Positions 1-7,842 of a stretch of 64,000 nt of DNA are shown in pieces; the stretch's first letter is position 1, and the number at the start of each line of letters is the position of its first letter. The stretch covers positions 2,674,270-2,738,269 of the forward strand of contig CBDCPB010000004.1 in the NCBI GenBank assembly GCA_965220125.1, read 5' to 3'. The notes beneath the pieces were generated by a model. It worked only from the letters and a program-made list of their open reading frames with translations. It was not told the origin of the DNA and did no database searches. Origin of the DNA: Dehalococcoidia bacterium (lineage in GTDB: Bacteria > Chloroflexota > Dehalococcoidia > UBA2979). The translations under genes and the position numbers were made by a program.

Positions 1-397
1 GTGTCTCGCCGTGCGAGTTCAGGTACGTGGTGTTCTCGAGGTTCATCGTTTTCTGCAGCCACTCGGCCGTCACGTACGTGAGCCCGTCCTCCGAGTCGTG
101 CGGCGAGTCGAAGAAGGGCCGTGTCGGCCCCCACTGCGAGCCGAGGCTGATGTGCGAGGCCTGCCCGCCCCCCGAGGAGACGACGCCGTCGACCTCGTCG
201 GGCGAGATACCGGCGTCGTCCAGCGCGGCGCGGGCGGCCTCGACGACCTTGGCGCCCAGCGTCTTGTCCATGCTGACGCCGTCCCAGCGGCGGTCCGTGT
301 TCGCCGAGTGGCCGCGGCCGGCGAGCGCGACCTTGCCGCGGTGCTCCCAGATGCCGACCGGATCCTCGTTGCGCTCCCAGTGAATCTGGCTTGCCAT
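1..397 (-). CDS. thiolase-fold (SCP-x / lipid-transfer-type) protein, N-terminal part; gene continues past the left edge
   Basis: Absent from the ORF track because it has no stop in the window. Reverse-strand ATG at 397..395 is preceded by GGGAGG. My translation MASQIHWERNEDPVGIWEHRGKVALAGRGHS...GAKVVEAARAALDDAGISPDEVDGVVSSGG looks like a thiolase-fold N-terminus. It lies directly downstream of a DUF35 gene, a common pairing. Confidence 0.5.
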   Translation of the reverse strand, partial: MASQIHWERNEDPVGIWEHRGKVALAGRGHSANTDRRWDGVSMDKTLGAKVVEAARAALDDAGISPDEVDGVVSSGGGQASHISLGSQWGPTRPFFDSPHDSEDGLTYVTAEWLQKTMNLENTTYLNSHGET

Positions 398-461
398 GAG
401 TTGTGCCTCCCTGCCTTGTGCCGAGGGGTTGTGGATGGTCTACGCCGCGTGGGCGTCAGTG

Positions 462-872
462 CTATTCGACGACCTTCCACTCGGGGATCAGTTGATCCTC
501 CGACACCGCGATGAAGTCGACCTCCACCGTGGCCCCGACGGGGACCTCGTTCACGGGTACGCCGGGCAGGTTCGAGAAGAAGTTGATCTCGGGGTATTCC
601 TCGAGGGAGATCACGGCGTTGTTGAACGGCTGCTCTTCGTGCCAGGCCATGATCCGCGAGTCGTAGGTGACCGAGTAGCCGTTGATGGTGCCGCGGCCGC
701 TGGTCTCGACCCAGTCGAGGTGGAGGTGCCAGCCGCACTCGCGGCACTCCGCCTCCGGCGGGAACTGCTTGCGGTCGCACATGGTGCAGACCTGGATGAT
801 CAGCCGGCGCTCGTTGCAGGCGTCCCAGAACGGCTTGCTCATGGCGTCGGGCACGGGAATCGGTCTTGGCAT
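462..872 (-). CDS. DUF35-type Zn-ribbon / OB-fold protein (acyl-CoA-associated)
   Basis: ORF 462..965 trimmed to Met32 (ATG 872..870), which has AAGGAGG 5 nt upstream. Four-Cys ribbon CTMCDRKQFPPEAECRECG is followed by an OB-fold-like C-terminus. Operonic with the thiolase-like gene. Confidence 0.8.
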   Translation of the reverse strand: MPRPIPVPDAMSKPFWDACNERRLIIQVCTMCDRKQFPPEAECRECGWHLHLDWVETSGRGTINGYSVTYDSRIMAWHEEQPFNNAVISLEEYPEINFFSNLPGVPVNEVPVGATVEVDFIAVSEDQLIPEWKVVE

Positions 873-887
873 ACGGGCCTCCTTGAT

Positions 888-941
888 CGGGTATCGCGTA
901 TCCGCATCGGGTATCGCGTATCCGCATCGCGTATCGCGTAT
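888..941. repeat. 2.7 copies of a 20-bp tandem repeat in the leader/promoter of the DUF35-thiolase operon
   Basis: CGGGTATCGCGTATCCGCAT occurs at 888..907 and identically at 908..927. A partial third copy CGCGTATCGCGTAT is at 928..941. This places GTATC pentamers at 891, 898, 911, 918, 931 and 938 (the last is GTATT). Confidence 0.9.
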
Positions 942-987
942 TGCGGGGCGAGGGTAACGCAGCACCGCAACCCGGCGCTACGGGCGG

Positions 988-1545
988 CTACTCGCTGTAC
1001 TCGCTCAGGTGCACGATCCGCGCCTCGAGGCCGTCGCCGTCCGCCTCGAGGATGGCAACTGTGCCGAGTTGGCGACGCTGCCACGGCAGCATCGTGCTGC
1101 CGGAATTGACGAACAGGATGCCCTGGTGCCGCTCCACCATCGGGACGTGCGTGTCGCCGAAGATCACCGCCTCGACGCGCTCGCCGAAGACCTGCTGGAG
1201 GCATTCGTCGAGCGAGGTGTCGTCGCGTACCTGGCGCTCGATGATGCCCGGCACCACCTCGAAGCCGTAGCCGATGATGATGAGGTCGTGCACCAGCCCG
1301 ACCGGACGGCCGGCGACATCGACGACACGCTTGCGGGCGACGCGCGGGTCGTCGAAACACGGCGCCGGCGGGACCTCCACCGCGAGCACGGGCGCGATCC
1401 GCTCGAGCCAGTCCAGGCACTCCGAGGTGTAGACGTCGCCGGCGTGCAGGATCAGATCGACGCCCTCGAAGGCGCGCGCGACCTCGACCGGCGGGACCTT
1501 GCCCATCGCCGGGGAGTGCGTGTCCGAGATCAGGCCTGCTCGCAC
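988..1545 (-). CDS. YfcE/MJ0936-family metallophosphoesterase
   Basis: ORF 988..1650 trimmed to GTG at 1545 (AGGA 6 nt upstream). Motifs ISDTHSP, HAGDV, FGDTH and NSGS are present. Confidence 0.8.
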   Translation of the reverse strand: MRAGLISDTHSPAMGKVPPVEVARAFEGVDLILHAGDVYTSECLDWLERIAPVLAVEVPPAPCFDDPRVARKRVVDVAGRPVGLVHDLIIIGYGFEVVPGIIERQVRDDTSLDECLQQVFGERVEAVIFGDTHVPMVERHQGILFVNSGSTMLPWQRRQLGTVAILEADGDGLEARIVHLSEYSE

Positions 1546-1725
1546 GATGATTCCTAACCGTTGCGCCGCCGGTGCCTGCCGCCAGTGTGCCGAACCGCGG
1601 CCCATCGCGCATCGCCGTCGCGCAGCTCCTCGAACAGCGGGGCGCTTCACAGCGCCCGGACGGGCTCGGCACGCGCGCCGTGCGCGAGGCCGCTGCGCCC
1701 GACAGTGGGGAATTGGCGGATCGGG

Positions 1726-1751
1726 GGAACGATCCGGCGCCCCGGCGCGTA
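1726..1751 (+). promoter_or_regulatory. ECF-type promoter candidate GGAAC-N17-CGTA upstream of the ECF sigma gene
   Basis: GGAAC at 1726..1730, a 17-nt spacer, then CGTA at 1748..1751, about 80 nt upstream of ATG 1833. The same architecture recurs at 4373..4398. Confidence 0.5.
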
Positions 1752-1832
1752 GTTACTATCAGGATGGTACTGGCGCGACTTGATGCGAGGCGCGAACACT
1801 ACCGCGGCCGGCCCGCGGAGGGTGAGGGGCGC

Positions 1833-2390
1833 ATGACCGAGGACGAGGCCGTACTGCGCTGCCAGAACGGGGACCGCGAGGCCTTCCGCTACCTGGTGGA
1901 GCAGTACAAGCACCCGCTCTTCGGCACCGCCTACCTGATGACCGGCAATGCGGCCCACGCCGAGGAGCACGTCCAGGAGGCGTTCCTGCTGGCCTGGCGA
2001 GGCATCCGGACATTCAAGCGAGGCCGCCCGATCAAGCCGTGGCTGATGCGCATCCTGGTGAACGCCGTGCTCACCCAGCAGCGGAAACGCAGGCTGGCGA
2101 CCGTCCCGCTGGAGGAGTCGGCGCCGCTGGCAGCACCTCCCGGCGCGTTTGACTCGATCGAGGCGAGCGAAGACCGCCAGGCCGTGCGGCACGTCCTCGC
2201 CCAGCTCAGCCCCGAGCACCGCGAGGTCGTGGTGCTGCGCTACTTCGCCGACCTCACGGTTCGCGAGGTGGCCCGATCCGCCGGGGTGCGGGAGGGCACC
2301 GTCAAGTCCCGGCTGCACCGTGCGCTCCGCCACATGCGTGAGCTGCTGGAGCAGTCCGGCGTCATGGAGGTAGCCGGCAATGGCGCGTAA
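1833..2390 (+). CDS. ECF (sigma-70 family group 4) RNA polymerase sigma factor
   Basis: ORF 1572..2390 trimmed to ATG 1833 (GGAGGGTGAGGGG upstream). Region 2 reads REAFRYLVEQYKHPLFGTAYLMTGN...AEEHVQEAFLLAWRG. Region 4 reads HREVVVLRYFADLTVREVARSAGVREGTVKSRLHRA. Confidence 0.92.
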   Translation: MTEDEAVLRCQNGDREAFRYLVEQYKHPLFGTAYLMTGNAAHAEEHVQEAFLLAWRGIRTFKRGRPIKPWLMRILVNAVLTQQRKRRLATVPLEESAPLAAPPGAFDSIEASEDRQAVRHVLAQLSPEHREVVVLRYFADLTVREVARSAGVREGTVKSRLHRALRHMRELLEQSGVMEVAGNGA

Positions 2391-4272
2391 CGACGGACCC
2401 GACCGGGAGCTGGAGCGCCGCCTCCGCGAACACTTCAGCGAGGAGGCTCGGGATCTGCGCGCCCCCGACGATCTCTGGTCTCGGCTGGAGGGGCGCCTGG
2501 GAAAACAGCAGGAGCCGCGCCTCGCCTTCCTGCGCCGCGGAATGGCCTTCACTAGCGGCAGGGCCTGGGTCCCGGCGGCTGCTGCGGCGCTGCTGGTTGT
2601 GGTCGTCGCGATCGGGGTCTGGGCCCTCGCCGGCCTCGGCGGCGGCGGCGGCGACGATGTCGCGGCGCCCAGGATCGCGGCCAGACCGGCCGCCACGGCG
2701 GCCCCCATGGCGGCCCCCACCGCGGCGGCCGCCACTGCCACGCCGGCGCTCGCGGCGCCGACCGCGGCGGCGATCGCCACGGCGGCCCCAACTGCCGCCG
2801 CGACCGCCAGGGCTGTCGCTACGCCGACCGCTGCCGCTACGCAGGCCTCGAGGGCGGCCCCGACTGCTGCCGCTGCGCCCACCGCTGCTCCGACCGCCGC
2901 CCCCACGGCGGCCCCCAGGCCGACCGCGGGGGCCTCCACGCCAACCGCGGCCCCTACCCCCGCGCCCGTCGCGGCCGCCACGTCGGCCGCCACCGCCACG
3001 CCCGTCGCGGCCGTCAGGCCGGCTCCCGCCGCCGAGCCCACGGCCGAGCCTGTGGCGCCAGCGGACGACGGCGGCGGCCGCGGCGGCGACGCGATGGCCG
3101 ACGCCTTCGACGATGGCGACGGGATGGCCGACGGCGACGGCATGGCCGAGCCCTCCATGGCCGACGCGGCGCCACCCGAGTCCGATGGCGCCTCCGACGA
3201 CGCGGCGGAATCCAGCTCAACCCGGGAGAGCGCCTCGGATGGAGAGCGCCAGCGAACAGCCCTGTCCGCGGGAGAGGTCAACGACAACGAGCGCTGGGAC
3301 GAGTACGTCTACTACCGAAACCAGTACGCGGGGCCCCCCATTCAGGACGTGGACGTCTCGGAACGCTACGTCATCACCGTCACGGACGCCGATGGCCGGC
3401 CGGTGCACAACGCACGGGTCCGCGTCTCCGCGGGCGAAGCCGTCCTCTTCGAGGGGCGCACCTACGCGAACGGCCAGACGCTCTTCTTCCCCCTGGCCTT
3501 CGAGGCCAGCGAGGGGGCCGAGTCCTTCACCCTGTACGTGGAGACGGATGAGGAAAGCCAGCAGCTCGAGTTTGCCCGCGGGGAGGTGTTGGACTGGGAC
3601 GTCACCCTCGATCTGGTCCAGTCCTCGTCCGGCGTCGGCGTACCGCTCGACATCCTCTTCCTGCTCGACGCGACCGGCAGCATGGATGACGAGATCGATC
3701 AGATTAAGGACACGCTGCTCTCCATCTCGTCACGGATCAGCGACTTGCCGTCGCAACCGGACCTGCGCTTCGGGATGGTCGCCTATCGCGACCGGGAGGA
3801 TGAGTTCGTGACCCGGGTGTACGACTTCGAGCCCGACGCCACTCGGTTCGTCGACACCATTCGAGGGGTCGTCGCGTACGGCGGCGGTGACTATCCGGAG
3901 TCCCTCAACGAAGCGCTGCACGTGGCCGTGCACGAGCCCAGCTGGCGCCTCGGAGACGCGATACGGCTGATGTTCCTGATCGCCGACGCGCCGCCGCACC
4001 TCAACTACGTCGAGGACTACAGCTACGCGGACGAGATGATCGAGGCGCACCAGCGGGGTATCAAGACCTTCGCCATCGCCTCGAGCGGGCTGGATCAGCA
4101 GGGCGAGTACGTGTTCCGGCAGATCGCCCAGCACACGATGGGCCGCTTCATCTTCATCGTCTACGGCGCGGGAGGAACGACCGCCCACGACGTTGGGGAA
4201 TACACGGTGGAGCGCCTCGACGACCTGCTCGTCTCGCTGGTGGAGGAAGAACTGGCCTTCCTCGCCCGCTGA
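2380..4272 (+). CDS. putative anti-sigma factor: short cytoplasmic N-terminus, one TM helix, long Ala/Pro/Thr linker, acidic segment, extracytoplasmic VWA domain
   Basis: Start overlaps the sigma gene stop by 11 nt. The N-terminus contains DLWSRLEGRL-type anti-sigma wording, then the TM segment VPAAAAALLVVVVAIGVWALAGL. C-terminal VWA domain has the MIDAS motif DILFLLDATGSMDDEI. The anti-sigma role is inferred from position and topology only. Confidence 0.7.
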   Translation: MARNDGPDRELERRLREHFSEEARDLRAPDDLWSRLEGRLGKQQEPRLAFLRRGMAFTSGRAWVPAAAAALLVVVVAIGVWALAGLGGGGGDDVAAPRIAARPAATAAPMAAPTAAAATATPALAAPTAAAIATAAPTAAATARAVATPTAAATQASRAAPTAAAAPTAAPTAAPTAAPRPTAGASTPTAAPTPAPVAAATSAATATPVAAVRPAPAAEPTAEPVAPADDGGGRGGDAMADAFDDGDGMADGDGMAEPSMADAAPPESDGASDDAAESSSTRESASDGERQRTALSAGEVNDNERWDEYVYYRNQYAGPPIQDVDVSERYVITVTDADGRPVHNARVRVSAGEAVLFEGRTYANGQTLFFPLAFEASEGAESFTLYVETDEESQQLEFARGEVLDWDVTLDLVQSSSGVGVPLDILFLLDATGSMDDEIDQIKDTLLSISSRISDLPSQPDLRFGMVAYRDREDEFVTRVYDFEPDATRFVDTIRGVVAYGGGDYPESLNEALHVAVHEPSWRLGDAIRLMFLIADAPPHLNYVEDYSYADEMIEAHQRGIKTFAIASSGLDQQGEYVFRQIAQHTMGRFIFIVYGAGGTTAHDVGEYTVERLDDLLVSLVEEELAFLAR

Positions 4273-4372
4273 CCACCACGGCCCGAGGTTCCGACCCGGT
4301 CAGACACCCGTGCATTGCGACGTGCCGGCGGCTGCGTCCCCCCGCGTGGGGGTCGGGCGGATCTGCGTGATT

Positions 4373-4398
4373 GGAACCGTTCGGCGATGACGTGCGTA
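4373..4398 (+). promoter_or_regulatory. second ECF-type promoter candidate GGAAC-N17-CGTA, upstream of the VWA lipoprotein gene
   Basis: GGAAC at 4373..4377, a 17-nt spacer, then CGTA at 4395..4398, about 105 nt upstream of ATG 4505. Same -35/-10 elements and spacing as 1726..1751. Confidence 0.5.
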
Positions 4399-4504
4399 TC
4401 TCCTGATATGAGGGCCCAGGCGACTCGCCAGCGGTTCTCTGCTGTCGACCGGCACGGGCCCGATGTCCGTCCCCCCTCAGACAGCACAGCCCAGGGAGGT
4501 TCCC

Positions 4505-6304
4505 ATGCGACTGGCAATACGGATGTACCGGATCCCCGCCGCGATCGCCGCGATCGCGATCCTCACGCTGGCGGTCGCCGCCTGCGGCGACGACGACGCT
4601 GACGAGGCGCGCGCGCCCGCCGCCACCGCCGCGCCGGCCCGTGCCGCGCCGGCCGCCACGGCGACCGCTGCCGCTACGGCGGCCCCCACCGCCGCCACGA
4701 TCCGCTCTGCCACGGCGGCCGCCACCGCTCGACCGGTACAGGCTGCCCCCTCACTGGCTACCCCCACGGCCACGGGGGCTCCCGCCGCACGGGCCACCGG
4801 CGCGCCGACCCCCGCCGCCGCGCCGGCAGAACAGCGGCCGGGGCCCACGGACACGACCTTCAGGAACTACGGGCGCACGCCGTTCGTCGATGCAGGCACG
4901 GACGCCGTCTCGACGTTCAGCCTCGACACGGACCGTACGTCCTACTTCCTCGCGCTCAACTGGGCGCAGAACGGCCTGGCGGTGGAGCCCGACTCGGTGC
5001 GTGCGGAGGAGTGGGTGAACGCCTTCGCCTACGGCTACGGCCTGCCTCGCGACGAGCGCAGCTTCGCGATCACGAGCGAGGTGGTGGAGCACCCCCTCGG
5101 AGGCGGGCGGCACCTCGCCCGCGTCGCCCTCCAGGCGCCGAGGCTGCGTGACAGCACACCCCTGAACGTGACGCTGGTGCTGGATGCATCAGGCTCGATG
5201 GCGGACGGGAACCGGGTCGCCATCGCCCGCGAGGCGGCTGAGACGATCCGCCAGAGCCTCAACTCGCGCGACCGCATCGCCGTCGTGCACTTCACTACCG
5301 ACGTGCTCAGTGCCTACACCGTGGAGCACAGCCGGCCCGACGACGGGGATGTCTCGCGCTCGATCGCGCGGCTCGGGCCGCACGGCAGCACGAACGTGCA
5401 GGCCGGGCTGAACCTCGGTGTGCGGCTCGCCGACGAGGCGCGCCGCGAGCGGCCGGACGCCTTCAACTACATCATCCTGATGTCCGACGGCGTCGCGAAC
5501 GTGGACGCGACGGACCCCTTCGCCATCCTCGAGTCGGCTCCGGACCACGACCGGCGGAACCCGTTGCGCCTGATCACGATCGGCGTGGGCATCGCCAACT
5601 ACAACGACTACCTGCTGGAGCAGCTGGCGCAGCACGGCAACGGCTGGTACCGCTACCTGGACGACACCGCGCAGGCGCGCTCGACCTTCAGCCGCGAGAA
5701 CTGGCTGACGCTGTCGACGCCCTTCGCCGACCAGGCGCGGGCGCAGGTGACCTGGGATCCGCGAGCTGTGCAGGCATGGCGCATCGTCGGCTACGAGAAC
5801 CGGATCACGCCGGACCACACCTTCGAGCAGAACCGCAGGGAGTTCGCCGAGCTTCCCTCCGGGTCCGCGACGACGGTGTTCTACGAGCTGGTGCTGCGCA
5901 ACGAAGCGCTCTACCGCTCAGCCGTGCTGGGCGAGATCGAGGCGCGCTGGGTCGATCCGTTCTCGGGCGACACGCTGAGCCAGCGGCTGGACGTGGCCGG
6001 GCGCACGGACGCGCCGTTCGACGCCGCTGACCGCCACTTCCGGCTCGGCGCGATCGTGGGGCTGGCGGCGGACCGCTACAGCGCGCTCTCGCCGCAGGTC
6101 GAGAACGCCGCGGTCGACGCCGGTGGCATCCACTTCGACCTCGCGGCACTGCTTGGGGAGCTCGACCTGCTGGGCGAGCGCTTCGGCGCCGCGCAGGCGT
6201 ACGGCGACTTCCGCTTCCTCCTGGACTGGCTGACGGCGGCCGCCGCGCAGCTGGCGCCTGCCGCGGGCTCTACCTCGGGCTCGTCCTCGGGCTACAGCCA
6301 GTGA
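4505..6304 (+). CDS. VWA-domain lipoprotein (YfbK-like: N-terminal vWF-associated region, VWA, C-terminal DUF3520-like region)
   Basis: ORF 4463..6304 trimmed to ATG 4505 (GGGAGG upstream). Lipobox LTLAVAAC is followed by an Ala/Thr/Pro linker. Contains STFSLDTDRTSYFLALNW...EEWVNAF, the MIDAS motif LVLDASGSMADGNR, and GYENR. Confidence 0.85.
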   Translation: MRLAIRMYRIPAAIAAIAILTLAVAACGDDDADEARAPAATAAPARAAPAATATAAATAAPTAATIRSATAAATARPVQAAPSLATPTATGAPAARATGAPTPAAAPAEQRPGPTDTTFRNYGRTPFVDAGTDAVSTFSLDTDRTSYFLALNWAQNGLAVEPDSVRAEEWVNAFAYGYGLPRDERSFAITSEVVEHPLGGGRHLARVALQAPRLRDSTPLNVTLVLDASGSMADGNRVAIAREAAETIRQSLNSRDRIAVVHFTTDVLSAYTVEHSRPDDGDVSRSIARLGPHGSTNVQAGLNLGVRLADEARRERPDAFNYIILMSDGVANVDATDPFAILESAPDHDRRNPLRLITIGVGIANYNDYLLEQLAQHGNGWYRYLDDTAQARSTFSRENWLTLSTPFADQARAQVTWDPRAVQAWRIVGYENRITPDHTFEQNRREFAELPSGSATTVFYELVLRNEALYRSAVLGEIEARWVDPFSGDTLSQRLDVAGRTDAPFDAADRHFRLGAIVGLAADRYSALSPQVENAAVDAGGIHFDLAALLGELDLLGERFGAAQAYGDFRFLLDWLTAAAAQLAPAAGSTSGSSSGYSQ

Positions 6305-6333
6305 GGTAGGGTCCCTCGCTCCGTGCGGGATGC

Positions 6334-6367
6334 CGGCCGCGGCGGTTATCACCAACCGCCGCGGCCG
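6334..6367. terminator. 12-bp perfect G/C hairpin between convergent genes
   Basis: CGGCCGCGGCGG (6334..6345) pairs with CCGCCGCGGCCG (6356..6367) around a 10-nt loop. It lies between the stop at 6304 (+) and the stop at 6409 (-). No clear U-tract. Confidence 0.45.
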
Positions 6368-6408
6368 TCCCTGTTTCAGGACGGTGGCGGCCGCCTGATG
6401 TGAGGAGC

Positions 6409-7641
6409 TCAGTGCGTGCTGACGAACTCATCGATCAGCGAATGGATCTGCTCGATGTCATCGGTCGGCACTGCGTGGTTCATCGGGAGGATGAGGCCGT
6501 ACTCCATGACGCGATCGGCGTTCGGGTAGCCCTCGGGAGCAGCCTTGTGGGCGGTGTCCCTGAACGCGGGCTGGCGGAGGATGTTGCCGGACCAGACCAT
6601 GCGCGTCTGGACGCCCCTGCTCTCCATGAACTGCTGGAACTCGGCCCGGTCGAAGCCGGCATCCTCGCGGATCATCAGCGGGTAGGAGATCCAGCTCGTC
6701 TTCAGCCCTTCCAGCTGCCGCGCCGGCACGAATCGCTCCCGGATGCGCTCGAGGTTGAAGAACTCCGTGTGCAGGTCGAAGCGGCGCTTGCGCGCCTCGT
6801 AGAACTCCTCGAGCCTGCCGAGTTGCACGAGCCCGAACGCGGCGTGCATCTCCGACGGCTCGAAGTTCCAGCCGACCTCGTCGAAGATGAAGTAGGTGTC
6901 GTAGGGGATGCCGTCGATCACCGCCTCGAAGCGGCCGCCCGAGCCCTGCTTCGAGCCGTACATCTGCACCTCGGAGGTGCGCCCCCAGCGGCGCAGCATC
7001 AGCGCCCGGTCCCACTCCTCCTCGCTGTTGACGGCGACCAGACCGCCGCTGCCTCCGCTGGTGATGATGTGCGAGCGGGCGAAGCTGGTCATGCTGATGT
7101 CGGTCCAGGTGCCGGTCGTCTGGCCGCGCAACTCCGCTCCGAGCGTGTCCGCCGAGTCCTCGATGACCTTGAGGTCGTGGCGGTCCGCGATCTCGCGGAT
7201 CCGCTCCCAGTCCGGCGCGTTGCCGATCAGGTTGGGGATCAGCATCGCCCGCGTGTTCGGCGTGATCATCTCCTCGATCTTGTCGACGTCGATGTTGTAG
7301 GTGTCGAACTCCACGTCCACGTACGAGGCGACGAACCCGCCGCGCACGATCGGCGCGAACGTGGCGGAGAAGCTGATGATCGAGGTGATGATCTCGCTCC
7401 CCGGCGGGAGGTCGAGGAGCTCGACGGCGAGGTACAGCGCCGAGGTGCCGGAGTTCGTCATGACGCCGTGCTTCTTGTCGAACATGGCCGCGACCCGGCG
7501 CTCCATCTCTCGCACGCGCGGGCCCACCTGCAACTCCGGCTCCGTGCGGAGCGCCTCGACGACTGCCGCGATCTCCTCCTCGCCGTAGATCGGATTCGTG
7601 TAGCGGACCGAGTACTGGCTCTCCTGACTCTCGTCTGACAT
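6409..7641 (-). CDS. DegT/DnrJ/EryC1-fold PLP/PMP enzyme, E1(RfbH)/ColD-like variant with His in place of the Schiff-base Lys
   Basis: Full-length 410-aa ORF. Contains TNSGTSALYLA, DSADTLGA, and SFARSHIITSGGSGG where aminotransferases of this fold have SFxxxK. WGR and NFEPSEMHAAFGLVQL are present as in sugar 3-dehydratases. Confidence 0.85.
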   Translation of the reverse strand: MSDESQESQYSVRYTNPIYGEEEIAAVVEALRTEPELQVGPRVREMERRVAAMFDKKHGVMTNSGTSALYLAVELLDLPPGSEIITSIISFSATFAPIVRGGFVASYVDVEFDTYNIDVDKIEEMITPNTRAMLIPNLIGNAPDWERIREIADRHDLKVIEDSADTLGAELRGQTTGTWTDISMTSFARSHIITSGGSGGLVAVNSEEEWDRALMLRRWGRTSEVQMYGSKQGSGGRFEAVIDGIPYDTYFIFDEVGWNFEPSEMHAAFGLVQLGRLEEFYEARKRRFDLHTEFFNLERIRERFVPARQLEGLKTSWISYPLMIREDAGFDRAEFQQFMESRGVQTRMVWSGNILRQPAFRDTAHKAAPEGYPNADRVMEYGLILPMNHAVPTDDIEQIHSLIDEFVSTH

Positions 7642-7842
7642 GGGGACGGCCCTTCTGCGGTGTAGCCGCGGAGTTGCGGGGGGAGCGCATGCTAGCGCGA
7701 CCGCGATGGCGCGTCGCGCCCCGCGCTCCCCCGCACAGGCGAGCGGCTCGGGCCCTCGCCGCGCGGAGCCGGGCGAGGCGGCCAGGCGCTACGCTGCCGG
7801 CGACGCCGGGCCGGCGAGGGCCGGCGCCCGAACGGAGGCGCG

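Noticed and set aside
888-941. Tandem 20-bp repeats as a possible CRISPR array
   Set aside because: The repeats are contiguous with no spacers, number only 2.7 copies, and have no cas genes nearby. Treated as a regulatory or slippage repeat instead.
1647-3287. 546-aa minus-strand ORF, the longest ORF in this region
   Set aside because: It is antisense to the ECF sigma and anti-sigma genes. The translation is Ala/Gly/Pro/Arg low complexity that mirrors the Ala/Pro/Thr linker on the other strand. It has no RBS and no recognisable domain. This is a typical GC-rich shadow ORF.
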